This document shows positions 56,677 to 64,000 of a stretch of DNA of 64,000 bases, piece after piece. The DNA comes from Candidatus Bathyarchaeia archaeon (GTDB taxonomy: Archaea > Thermoproteota > Bathyarchaeia > Bathyarchaeales > Bathycorpusculaceae), in the NCBI GenBank assembly GCA_050010755.1, contig JBEKKK010000002.1, positions 128,001 to 192,000 on the forward strand, given 5' to 3'. The notes beneath the pieces are model-generated. The model saw only the letters and a list, made by a program, of their open reading frames with translations, ran no database searches and was not told the DNA's origin. The stretch's first letter is position 1, and each line of letters starts with the position of its first letter. Both the position numbers and the translations under genes were made by a program.

Positions 56677-56954
56677 ACATAACGCCAGACATAATCCGCT
56701 GCGAATTCATCGGTACTGAAGTCAGGGTCGCTCGGAGCAGCCATAGAGGCAACGTTGGAATCTGTGGCAAAGTGGCTGGCGAAACAAGAAATACCTTCGC
56801 TATCTTGCACGAAGGGAAGAAGAAAACTGTCGCAAAGGACTCGTCTGTCTTTCACTTCAAGTTTCCAGATAGAACGATCGTCGAAGTCAACGGCAGGCTT
56901 CTTACGGGAAGACCTGAGGATCGCCTCAAGAAAAATGTTAGGAGATTATGGTGA
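56673..56954 (+). CDS. rnp1: Ribonuclease P protein component 1 (Rpp29/POP4)
   Basis: EFIG.EV.V, G.V..ETRNT, G..L.GRPEDRLKK; conserved position. Confidence 0.92.
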   Translation: MNITPDIIRCEFIGTEVRVARSSHRGNVGICGKVAGETRNTFAILHEGKKKTVAKDSSVFHFKFPDRTIVEVNGRLLTGRPEDRLKKNVRRLW

Positions 56955-57271
56955 TGTCACTCACTTTCAAGAAGCCCAAGAAAGCCTGTGAAGACACGAA
57001 CTGTCCGTTTCACGGAGAACTTCCAATTAGAGGCCGCGTGTTTAAAGGAGTTGTTGTCACAGCGAAGATGGAAAAAACTGTGGTTGTAGAACGCGATTAC
57101 CTTTCATACATTTCAAAGTTCATGAGGTATGAAAGAAGGCGCAGTCGAATACCCTCCCACAACCCACCCTGCATAGACGCAAGAGAAGGAGACCGCGTGA
57201 TAATAGCTGAGACCCGCCCGATAAGCAAGACAGTGTCATTTGTCGTCGTTGAAAAGTTGGAAGGGAAGTAG
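56954..57271 (+). CDS. rps17: 30S ribosomal protein S17 (uS17)
   Basis: [31 protein letters not shown]. Confidence 0.95.
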   Translation: MSLTFKKPKKACEDTNCPFHGELPIRGRVFKGVVVTAKMEKTVVVERDYLSYISKFMRYERRRSRIPSHNPPCIDAREGDRVIIAETRPISKTVSFVVVEKLEGK

Positions 57272-57272
57272 A

Positions 57273-57713
57273 ATGGCGGCTAAAGCAAAAGGGCGAGGGT
57301 TAGTCGCAAGGGGAATGCTTGGACATGGACCGAAGCTATCGAGAGGATTGCAACCGCCTGCAATTCTGAGATGCGCTGACAATACTGGGGCGAGACACCT
57401 GAGGCTAATTCAGGTTATGGGCTATAAGGGAAGGTTGCGCCGTTATCCACGTGCTGCGGTGGGTGACAAGATAACTGTCTCTGTCAGACAAGGAACACCC
57501 GACATGCGAAAGAAAATTTTCCAAGCGGTGATCGTGAGACAAAGAAAACCGTTCAGACGGATTGACGGTGTCTGGGTTGCATTCGAAGACAACGCGGCAG
57601 TAGTGATAACTCCCGAAGGAGAAATGAAGGGCTCGGAGATTCGGGGTCCAGTGGCAAAAGAGGCGGCAGAAAGATGGCCGAGGATAGCAAGCGCCGCCAG
57701 TATAATAATATAG
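57273..57713 (+). CDS. rpl14: 50S ribosomal protein L14 (uL14)
   Basis: [38 protein letters not shown]. Confidence 0.96.
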   Translation: MAAKAKGRGLVARGMLGHGPKLSRGLQPPAILRCADNTGARHLRLIQVMGYKGRLRRYPRAAVGDKITVSVRQGTPDMRKKIFQAVIVRQRKPFRRIDGVWVAFEDNAAVVITPEGEMKGSEIRGPVAKEAAERWPRIASAASIII

Positions 57714-57725
57714 GTTGAGGAAAGC

Positions 57726-58424
57726 ATGCAGAGAGCCAAACCCCTGACGAAGCCGACCAAACAAAGAAAAATGCTCTACCAGGCACCTGCCCACGTGCGA
57801 CACAGGCTTCTTGCGGCACACCTCTCACCAGGGCTGAGAGCCACACACATAGCGAAAAGTTTTCCAGTTAGAAACGGAGACACCATCCGCGTGATGAGAG
57901 GAGACCACAAAGGCTTCGAAGGCAAGATAAGTCGGATAGACCTCAAAAAATACAGAATTTACGTTGAAGGATTGACACGAGAGAAGGTCGACGGAACTAC
58001 AGTATTCGTTCCAGTGCATCCATCGAAGTTAATGATCACAAAGCTGAACCTTGACGACAAATGGCGAAAAAGGATCTTAGAAAGAAAACTAAAGCCACAA
58101 AAGAAACCAGAAAAAGCCCTCAAGAAGCCGAAGGCAGAACCTGTTGAGAAACCTCCAGAAACGGTCGAACTGAAACAACCTGCAGTGGAGGAGAAGGGTG
58201 TGGAGGAGAAGGGTGTAGAGGAGAAGGGTGTAGAGGAGAAGGCTGCAGCTGCCACTGGGAGACGACCCAAAAAGAAGGTCTCACAGCCTCGTAAGAAAAC
58301 GAAGGCAGCCGCAGAGGAAACGGGGGCTCAAGGTGCGGAGATCAAGCTAGAAAAAGAGCCTAAGGTGCAGAAGAAAAGAACCAAGCGTAAGAGCGCCAAG
58401 AAAACTGAAGAAGGAGAAGGATAG
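57726..58424 (+). CDS. rpl24: 50S ribosomal protein L24 (uL24) with a ~110-aa Lys/Glu-rich C-terminal extension
   Basis: KQRKMLYQAP.H, GDTIRVMRGD, PVHPSKLMITKLNLDDKWR. Confidence 0.95.
   Translation: MQRAKPLTKPTKQRKMLYQAPAHVRHRLLAAHLSPGLRATHIAKSFPVRNGDTIRVMRGDHKGFEGKISRIDLKKYRIYVEGLTREKVDGTTVFVPVHPSKLMITKLNLDDKWRKRILERKLKPQKKPEKALKKPKAEPVEKPPETVELKQPAVEEKGVEEKGVEEKGVEEKAAAATGRRPKKKVSQPRKKTKAAAEETGAQGAEIKLEKEPKVQKKRTKRKSAKKTEEGEG
58185..58244 (+). repeat. 15-bp tandem repeat x4 in rpl24 (VEEKG)
   Basis: gtggaggagaagggt x2, gtagaggagaagggt, gtagaggagaaggct. Confidence 0.95.
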
Positions 58425-58426
58425 GC

Positions 58427-59185
58427 TTGGGCAAGAAGGGGCAATCATCTGGGTTGAAACGAAAACCAGCACCACGATTCTGGCCAATTCACAGGAAGGA
58501 ATTCACGTGGGTCGTAAAACCCAACTCCGGACCGCACTCCCTTGACAAGTGCATGCCTCTGGCCCTGATGCTGCGCGACACTCTTCGGCTAGCTGAGACA
58601 AGGAAAGAGGCCAAGACGATAGTCTCTCAGGGAAGAGTCTACGTGGATGGAAACATTAGGACGAAGGACGATTTCCCGATTGGCCTAATGGACATAGTCT
58701 CGATACCGGACGTTGGAAAAAGCTTTTGCGTGCTGCCTTCATATAGGGGCCTGATTTTCAGAGAGATAAACAGTGAAGATGCGAAATTCAAACTCTGCAG
58801 AATCGAAGACAAGACGGTTGTCAGCAACGGACAAGTGCAGCTTCATCTTCACGATGGATCCAATATTCTGGTCAAAATTGCTGACCTCAAGAACCCACAG
58901 GAAGACGTTTATGACACGTTAGACACTGTGAAAATAAGTCTTCCAGAAAAACAAATCCTTGAACACATCAAAATGAAAGAGAAAGACTTTGCAATAATCA
59001 CTGGCGGGAAGAACATCGGCAATTGGGGCAGGGCAGTTGAAATTGAGAAGGCAGAAGGCAAGAAACGCAGAAACGCACTCGTGACGATTGAAAATGAAAA
59101 AGGAAACCGCTATCAAACAACTTTGAGATTTGTTTTTGCAATAGGCGAGGCGCATCCCTTGATATCCTTAGCGGAGGCAGTCTAG
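58427..59185 (+). CDS. rps4e: 30S ribosomal protein S4e (eS4)
   Basis: LKR.PAP.FWPI.RK, GPH, VDG.IR...FPIGLMD, LHDG.N, ITGGKN.G. Confidence 0.96.
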   Translation: MGKKGQSSGLKRKPAPRFWPIHRKEFTWVVKPNSGPHSLDKCMPLALMLRDTLRLAETRKEAKTIVSQGRVYVDGNIRTKDDFPIGLMDIVSIPDVGKSFCVLPSYRGLIFREINSEDAKFKLCRIEDKTVVSNGQVQLHLHDGSNILVKIADLKNPQEDVYDTLDTVKISLPEKQILEHIKMKEKDFAIITGGKNIGNWGRAVEIEKAEGKKRRNALVTIENEKGNRYQTTLRFVFAIGEAHPLISLAEAV

Positions 59186-59725
59186 GTGTCGGAAGACGAA
59201 TTCGCTAAGCAGTGGGAGCAGCAGCCCATGCTTAAGCCAAGGATTGAAAAAGTCACTGTGAACATCAGTGTTGGAAAGTCGGGTGAACCGCTGGAAAAAG
59301 CCACGAAAGTCTTGAAAGAAATTACGGGTCAAACTCCATGCAAGAGAAAAGCCAAGAGCAGCATAAGAGATTTCGGGATCAGAAAAGGAGAGTCCATAGC
59401 GTGCATCGTCACACTCCGAGAGGAAAAGGCGATTGAGTTCTTGAAGAAAGCTCTGCCGGTCGTTGACAACAAGATTTCGGGACAAAGCTTTGACGGTCAA
59501 GGCAACTTTTCCTTCGGTATAAAAGAGCATATTGAGTTGCCTGGCGTAAGATATGACCCTGAGGTTGGAATATTCGGAATGGATGTCTGTGTCTCAGTTA
59601 CTCGTCCTGGCTATCGTGTTAAGAACCGAAGGTATGGAAGAGCGAAGATTGGTCCAAAGCACGTTTTGACACCTGAAGAATCTAAGGTTTTTGTCAAAGA
59701 CGCTCTGGGAGTAGAAATTGTCTGA
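59186..59725 (+). CDS. rpl5: 50S ribosomal protein L5 (uL5)
   Basis: PRIEKVTVNISVG, FGIRKGE, GNFSFGIKEHI, YDPEVGIFGMD. Confidence 0.96.
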   Translation: MSEDEFAKQWEQQPMLKPRIEKVTVNISVGKSGEPLEKATKVLKEITGQTPCKRKAKSSIRDFGIRKGESIACIVTLREEKAIEFLKKALPVVDNKISGQSFDGQGNFSFGIKEHIELPGVRYDPEVGIFGMDVCVSVTRPGYRVKNRRYGRAKIGPKHVLTPEESKVFVKDALGVEIV

Positions 59726-59739
59726 GATAGGTGTGCTGT

Positions 59740-59904
59740 ATGGGTAAACAGAAATCAAAGAAGGATAGAAAATACGGGAAAGGCGCAAGGCCTTGCAGCA
59801 GGTGCGGATCCTACGGACCAGTTATCCGGCGTTACAATTTATATCTCTGTCGGCATTGTTTCAGGGAGGTAGCTAAAAAACTCGGATTCAGGAAATATGA
59901 GTGA
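59740..59904 (+). CDS. rps14: 30S ribosomal protein S14 (uS14, Zn-binding); absent from the supplied ORF track
   Basis: Manual translation [54 protein letters not shown]. Confidence 0.95.
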   Translation: MGKQKSKKDRKYGKGARPCSRCGSYGPVIRRYNLYLCRHCFREVAKKLGFRKYE

Positions 59905-59918
59905 AGGAGGAAAAAGAC

Positions 59919-60302
59919 GTGGACACCTTGGCGAACGGCTTGACCGCCATAATAAACAGTGAGATGCGAAACAAACACGAGTGCATAATCAGCCCAGCCT
60001 CTAGGCTTTTGGGCAGAGTTTTGAGGATCATGCAACTGAATGGTTACATCGGCGAGTTCGAGTTTATAGACGATGGCCGTTCTGGCAAATTCAAGGTGCA
60101 ACTGTTGGGGAGAATCAACAAGTGCGGCGCCATCAAGCCACGTTTTTCAGTTAAGATGGACAGGTTTGAAGAATGGGAGAAAAAGTATCTTCCGTCAAGA
60201 GAGGTTGGATTGCTAGTCATTTCAAGCCCGAACGGCGTCCTGTCGCATAAAGAGGCAAGAGAAAAACGCATCGGAGGCAGACTGCTAGCATTCATTTATT
60301 GA
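59919..60302 (+). CDS. rps8: 30S ribosomal protein S8 (uS8)
   Basis: DTLANGL..I.NSE, GYIGEFEFIDDGRSG, INKCGAIKPRF, GGRLLAF; GTG after SD aaggagg. Confidence 0.96.
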   Translation: MDTLANGLTAIINSEMRNKHECIISPASRLLGRVLRIMQLNGYIGEFEFIDDGRSGKFKVQLLGRINKCGAIKPRFSVKMDRFEEWEKKYLPSREVGLLVISSPNGVLSHKEAREKRIGGRLLAFIY

Positions 60303-60315
60303 AGGTGCCCCATAA

Positions 60316-60861
60316 GTGCGAGCCTTAGAAATATCTGAAAACGTTCAAGTTCCAGAAGATGTAGAAGTCGGTCTGGAAGGCAAAAAGTTCACGGTGAAAG
60401 GAGCCAAAGGAACACTGGTTCGTGACTTTTCTTTCGCTCCAATTTCGTTGAAACTTAACGACAGGACCCTTTGCATTCGTGCTGAATGGCCCCGCAAGAA
60501 GGAAGCTTCTCTTGTGGGTACGCTTCGTTCACACGTTCAAAACATGATCACTGGCGTAAGAAAGGGCTTCACGTACAAAGTCAAAATAGTTTTCTCACAC
60601 TTTCCAATTTCGGTGAAACTTAAGGACAAGACCATTCTCATCGAAAACTTCACTGGAGAGAGAAGCCCGAGGAAGGCGAAGATAATAGGCAATGTTCAAA
60701 TTAAGATTCAAAGCGAAGATGTTTTGGTTCAGGGCATAGATCTGGAAGATGTCAGCCAGACCGCGGCAAACATTGAGCAAGCAACCAGAGTGAAAAGGAA
60801 GGATCCACGCATTTTCTTGGACGGCTTATACGTTTATGAGCGAAGTGAGGGGATAGACTGA
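60316..60861 (+). CDS. rpl6: 50S ribosomal protein L6 (uL6)
   Basis: NMITGV.KGF.Y, SHFPISV, ENFTGE, QTAANIEQ, KDPRIFLDGLY. Confidence 0.96.
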   Translation: MRALEISENVQVPEDVEVGLEGKKFTVKGAKGTLVRDFSFAPISLKLNDRTLCIRAEWPRKKEASLVGTLRSHVQNMITGVRKGFTYKVKIVFSHFPISVKLKDKTILIENFTGERSPRKAKIIGNVQIKIQSEDVLVQGIDLEDVSQTAANIEQATRVKRKDPRIFLDGLYVYERSEGID

Positions 60862-61391
60862 TGGCCCTGCCAAAAGCAACCGCTTCTGAAAAGGCATTGA
60901 AGCTGAGAAAGCGGGTCAAAGCGAAGAAACCAAACTTCGTCAGACAAGAGAGTTGGAAGTACATACGTTTGAAAGAAAACTGGCGCAGACCCCATGGTCT
61001 GGACAACAAAGTGAGAAAGAGGTTTAAAGGGTGGCCGGCCCGCGTAAGTGCGGGATACAGAGGACCGAAGAGCGCTAGGGCACTTCACCCATCGGGTTTT
61101 GAAGACGTCCTAGTGTACAATGTAGACGATCTGAAGCAAATTGACGCGACAACTCAAGCTGTACGAATTGCCCACGCTGTGGGCCAAAGGAAGAGAATTC
61201 AAATTCTGACTGAAGCGAGGAAAAAGAAAATAGTCGTCCTTAATCAGAGACAGGTGAAAGAAGCTACTAAGAAAGAGGAAGAGTCCACTGAAGAGACTGA
61301 AAAGGATGAGGCTGAGACAGAAGAAGCAAACAATACAGAAAAGCCAACAGAGGAGAAGAAAGTCAGCAAACCTAAGAAAAGGACTGAATAG
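60861..61391 (+). CDS. rpl32e: 50S ribosomal protein L32e with charged tail
   Basis: KKPNFVRQE, WRRPHGLDNKVR, GYRGP, LHPSG. Confidence 0.95.
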   Translation: MALPKATASEKALKLRKRVKAKKPNFVRQESWKYIRLKENWRRPHGLDNKVRKRFKGWPARVSAGYRGPKSARALHPSGFEDVLVYNVDDLKQIDATTQAVRIAHAVGQRKRIQILTEARKKKIVVLNQRQVKEATKKEEESTEETEKDEAETEEANNTEKPTEEKKVSKPKKRTE

Positions 61392-61393
61392 AA

Positions 61394-61849
61394 ATGACAG
61401 ACCTCAAGAGTCAACGGCGTCTCGCAGCTCAAGTCCTCAAGATTGGACAGAACCGTGTGTGGATAGATCCTGAAAGGGCAGATGACGTTGAGGCCGCGAT
61501 AACTCGAGACGAGGTTAGACGGTTGATACACCAGGGAACTATCAAAGCCTCACCGGAAAAGGGCATAAGTCGTGGAAGGGTACGCATTATACGCGAAAAG
61601 AAAAAGAAGGGGCGACGAAGCGGACCCGGCAGCAGAACTGGTTCTTCCCATGCAAGAGTGTCAAAGAAACAGGCTTGGATGAGGAAGATCCGAGCTCTAC
61701 GAAACAAACTTCGCACCTTGAAGACAAAGAAAATGATTGTTGAAAACTCTTATCAGAGGCTCTACAGAATGGCGGGTAGCGGTAGGTTTGAATCAGTTGC
61801 TGACCTTGAACGATATATGAAAGCACACGAACTCTGGAGGAAGCGCTAG
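61394..61849 (+). CDS. rpl19e: 50S ribosomal protein L19e
   Basis: QRRLAA.VLK.G.NRVWIDP, GRRSGPGSR.G, WMRKIRALR. Confidence 0.96.
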   Translation: MTDLKSQRRLAAQVLKIGQNRVWIDPERADDVEAAITRDEVRRLIHQGTIKASPEKGISRGRVRIIREKKKKGRRSGPGSRTGSSHARVSKKQAWMRKIRALRNKLRTLKTKKMIVENSYQRLYRMAGSGRFESVADLERYMKAHELWRKR

Positions 61850-62493
61850 TGGCAACGAGTTCACGTTACTGCCTGCCGTTCCGTAGGAGAAGAGAAGGAA
61901 AAACGGACTTCAAGGCTAGGAAGGCATTCTTGCTTTCTGGAAAGCCTCGACTTGTGGCGCGTTGCAGCATTAACAACGTCAGTGCTCAAATAATCGTGGC
62001 TGAACCAAGCGGGGACAAAGTTGTAGTTTCAGCTCAGAGCAAAGAAGTAGCGAGAAAATACGGCTGGAAAGCTCCTAGGGGCAGCGTTCCAGCAGCCTAT
62101 CTGACTGGCTTCTTGTGTGGGCTAAAAGCTAAGGCTCATGGAGTAGAAGAAGCAATTCTCGACATTGGATTATACCCACCCTCGAAGGGGGCGAGGATAT
62201 TCGCTGTATTGAAGGGAGTGTTGGACGCTGAAGTGAATGTGCCGCATAGCGAGGAGAAACTTCCCGATGAGCAAAGACTGACAGGTGAGCATATCGCGAA
62301 ATACGCACAGGATCTAGCATCAGACGCTGAAGAATATCAATCAAGGTTTTCGAACTATTTGAAAGAGAAAACCTCCCCAGAAAGTCTTCCTAAACATGTT
62401 GCGCAGGTTAAAACGGATATGATTAAAGCATTTAAGAGCGGAGGCGGCAAGGTTGTCGCGCAGAGGCCAAAGAGACAAAAGAAGAAGAAGTGA
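61849..62493 (+). CDS. rpl18: 50S ribosomal protein L18 (uL18)
   Basis: RRRREGKTD, PRLVAR, PAAYLTG, LDIGL, GEHIA.YA. Confidence 0.95.
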   Translation: MATSSRYCLPFRRRREGKTDFKARKAFLLSGKPRLVARCSINNVSAQIIVAEPSGDKVVVSAQSKEVARKYGWKAPRGSVPAAYLTGFLCGLKAKAHGVEEAILDIGLYPPSKGARIFAVLKGVLDAEVNVPHSEEKLPDEQRLTGEHIAKYAQDLASDAEEYQSRFSNYLKEKTSPESLPKHVAQVKTDMIKAFKSGGGKVVAQRPKRQKKKK

Positions 62494-63118
62494 GCCTTCA
62501 GAAAACTTGGAGCAATGGATTCCAAGAACGCGTCTTGGAAAGATGATCCAGGAAGGGAGAATCACATCTATCGAAGAAGTTTTCATGGCAGGCTTGAAAA
62601 TTCGGGAACCCCAAATCGTTAACTCGCTGATACCAGATCTTCAGGAGGAGGTCATAAACATAAACTTGGTTCAGAAGCAGACAGACGCCGGGGAAAAGTC
62701 AAGGTTCAAAGCGATAGTCGCCGTCGGGAACAGAGATGGTTACATAGGATTGGGTTCTGGAAAGGCGAGCCAAGTGAGGAATGCGATAGAAAAGGCTGCT
62801 GTTGATGCGCGTCTCAAGATAATTCCGGTAAGGAGAGGGTGCGGAAGCTGGGAATGTGACTGCGGAAAACTTCACTCAATACCATTCCAGGTGGAAGGCA
62901 AGACTGGTGCTGTTCGAGTGGTCTTCGTTCCTGGCCCCAGAGGTCTGGGTTTGGTAGCGAGCGAGGTGTCAAAGGTGATTCTAGGTCTTGCCGGTGTGAA
63001 AGACTGTTGGACTAGAAGCTACGGCTCAACAAGAACCATCCCATCCTTTGCATATGCGGTTTTCGAAGCGTTGAAGGAAACATATAGCCTCATAATTCCA
63101 ACGGACTGGGTGAGATAA
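62453..63118 (+). CDS. rps5: 30S ribosomal protein S5 (uS5)
   Basis: WIPRTRLG, VQKQTDAGEKSRF, RRGCGSWEC, PGPRGLGLVA. Confidence 0.96.
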   Translation: MSRRGQRDKRRRSEPSENLEQWIPRTRLGKMIQEGRITSIEEVFMAGLKIREPQIVNSLIPDLQEEVININLVQKQTDAGEKSRFKAIVAVGNRDGYIGLGSGKASQVRNAIEKAAVDARLKIIPVRRGCGSWECDCGKLHSIPFQVEGKTGAVRVVFVPGPRGLGLVASEVSKVILGLAGVKDCWTRSYGSTRTIPSFAYAVFEALKETYSLIIPTDWVR

Positions 63119-63607
63119 TTGACTCAACCGATGAGCGACCGCAAATGCCTGGTGGCCATAAGGATTCGTGGAACAATCAGTGCGTCGAGGGAAGCTAGGG
63201 AAACTCTCAGAATGCTTAATCTGGCGAGAAACAATCACGCGGTTCTGATTGACGACCGTCCATCATTTCTTGGAATGATCAGTGCAGTGCGAGACTACAT
63301 CACGTACGGAGAACTCTCAGAAGAAAGCGTTGCTTCTTTAATAAAAGAAAAAGGAAGGCTTGCTGGAAACAAGAAGTTGACAGATGAATATGCTCAGAAG
63401 GTTGGGCATAAGTCAGTCGAAGAGCTTGCAGCCGCAGTCGCGTCCTGTCATGTTGAATACTGGAATCTGCCAGGTATACAGCCAGTCTTCAGGCTGCATC
63501 CGCCAACCAAGGGCTTTAAGGGAAAAATCAAAAGGGGCTACGGTGCAGGCGGAGAATTAGGTTACCGCGGGGAGAGCATAAACCAGCTTTTGAACCGGAT
63601 GCTCTAG
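63119..63607 (+). CDS. rpl30: 50S ribosomal protein L30 (uL30)
   Basis: AIRIRG, TLRMLNL, YITYGE, FRLHPP.KGF, GELGYRG..IN.LL.RM. Confidence 0.95.
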   Translation: MTQPMSDRKCLVAIRIRGTISASREARETLRMLNLARNNHAVLIDDRPSFLGMISAVRDYITYGELSEESVASLIKEKGRLAGNKKLTDEYAQKVGHKSVEELAAAVASCHVEYWNLPGIQPVFRLHPPTKGFKGKIKRGYGAGGELGYRGESINQLLNRML

Positions 63608-63620
63608 ATTCTCTGTCAGA

Positions 63621-63640
63621 GCCTTTTTTTCGATTTCTAC
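63621..63640 (+). terminator. Oligo-T terminator after rpl30
   Basis: gccTTTTTTTcgatttc about 15 nt after the stop. Confidence 0.55.
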
Positions 63641-63706
63641 ATTGTTGTTTGCGATACGTTTTATAGTCACCTATGAAATTGCCTCTATTCTAGAGGGGAA
63701 GCGATC

Positions 63707-64000
63707 TTGAGCGCGAAATGGAGGAGAAACAGACCAAACTCGAAAAGGTTTGACATTCTCAAAGTTTTCAGCAAGGTCAAGAACAAGAGTGTTGCCCAAA
63801 AGTTTCGGACAAAGGATTCAAGTTTCAAGCGACAAACGAACTCGTACAGGTATAAGGTTCACAGGGTTTATGCGGAAAAGAAGTGCCGAGAGCCGAAACA
63901 TTTGGTTGATGTCCTTGAAGCGACAGAGGAGATAATAGTTGTTGCTGATTTTGCAGGTTTCAACAGAGAAGACTTGAGAGTGCACGTGAGTGGTGAGAGG
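63707..64000 (+). CDS. Hsp20/alpha-crystallin-like protein, 3'-truncated by window edge
   Basis: TTG after gagggg SD; frame open to the window end; EPKHLVDVLEATEEIIVVADFAGFNREDLRVHV. Confidence 0.7.
   Translation, partial: MSAKWRRNRPNSKRFDILKVFSKVKNKSVAQKFRTKDSSFKRQTNSYRYKVHRVYAEKKCREPKHLVDVLEATEEIIVVADFAGFNREDLRVHVSGER

Noticed and set aside
62453-62493. 41-nt uL18/uS5 overlap as programmed recoding
   Set aside because: Both frames are complete; a shifted stop codon in uL18 explains it
1-64000. tRNA, rRNA, transposase or integrase genes
   Set aside because: None recognised by inspection of intergenic regions and ORFs; tRNAscan-SE and Infernal would be needed to exclude them formally

Overview
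Archaeal chromosomal segment, most likely Bathyarchaeia (inferred from archaeal ribosomal proteins, Alba, Tes, frequent GTG/TTG starts and the overall gene repertoire). In order: (1) HtpX protease, Rieske protein, a DEAD-helicase/Alba/SSB trio, DUF47, MoaE; (2) a redox operon encoding an HdrC-GltD/NfnB fusion, an HdrA-MvhD fusion and a four-subunit 2-oxoacid:ferredoxin oxidoreductase, with no hdrB; (3) eS1, SerRS, a frameshifted methyltransferase, TET aminopeptidase, NfnAB, TrxB; (4) an accessory cell-surface region with three secreted proteins sharing a PEF-type C-terminal sorting signal, an ABC-2 exporter and a membrane-anchored ArsR-like regulator, interrupted by a second HdrA whose MvhD domain lacks all Fe-S cysteines, divergent from an HdrD-like protein; (5) AlaX, a flippase, an ETF/beta-oxidation cluster, tetraether lipid synthase and hypFCD/hypE; (6) a ribosomal protein operon from uL22 to uL30 and a partial Hsp20-like gene. 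No rRNA, tRNA, CRISPR array or transposase was recognised. The best candidates for novelty are the two non-canonical HdrA modules, the PEF-CTERM-like protein family and a phased repeat array between tes and hypF. All product calls come from motif recognition, not database searches.
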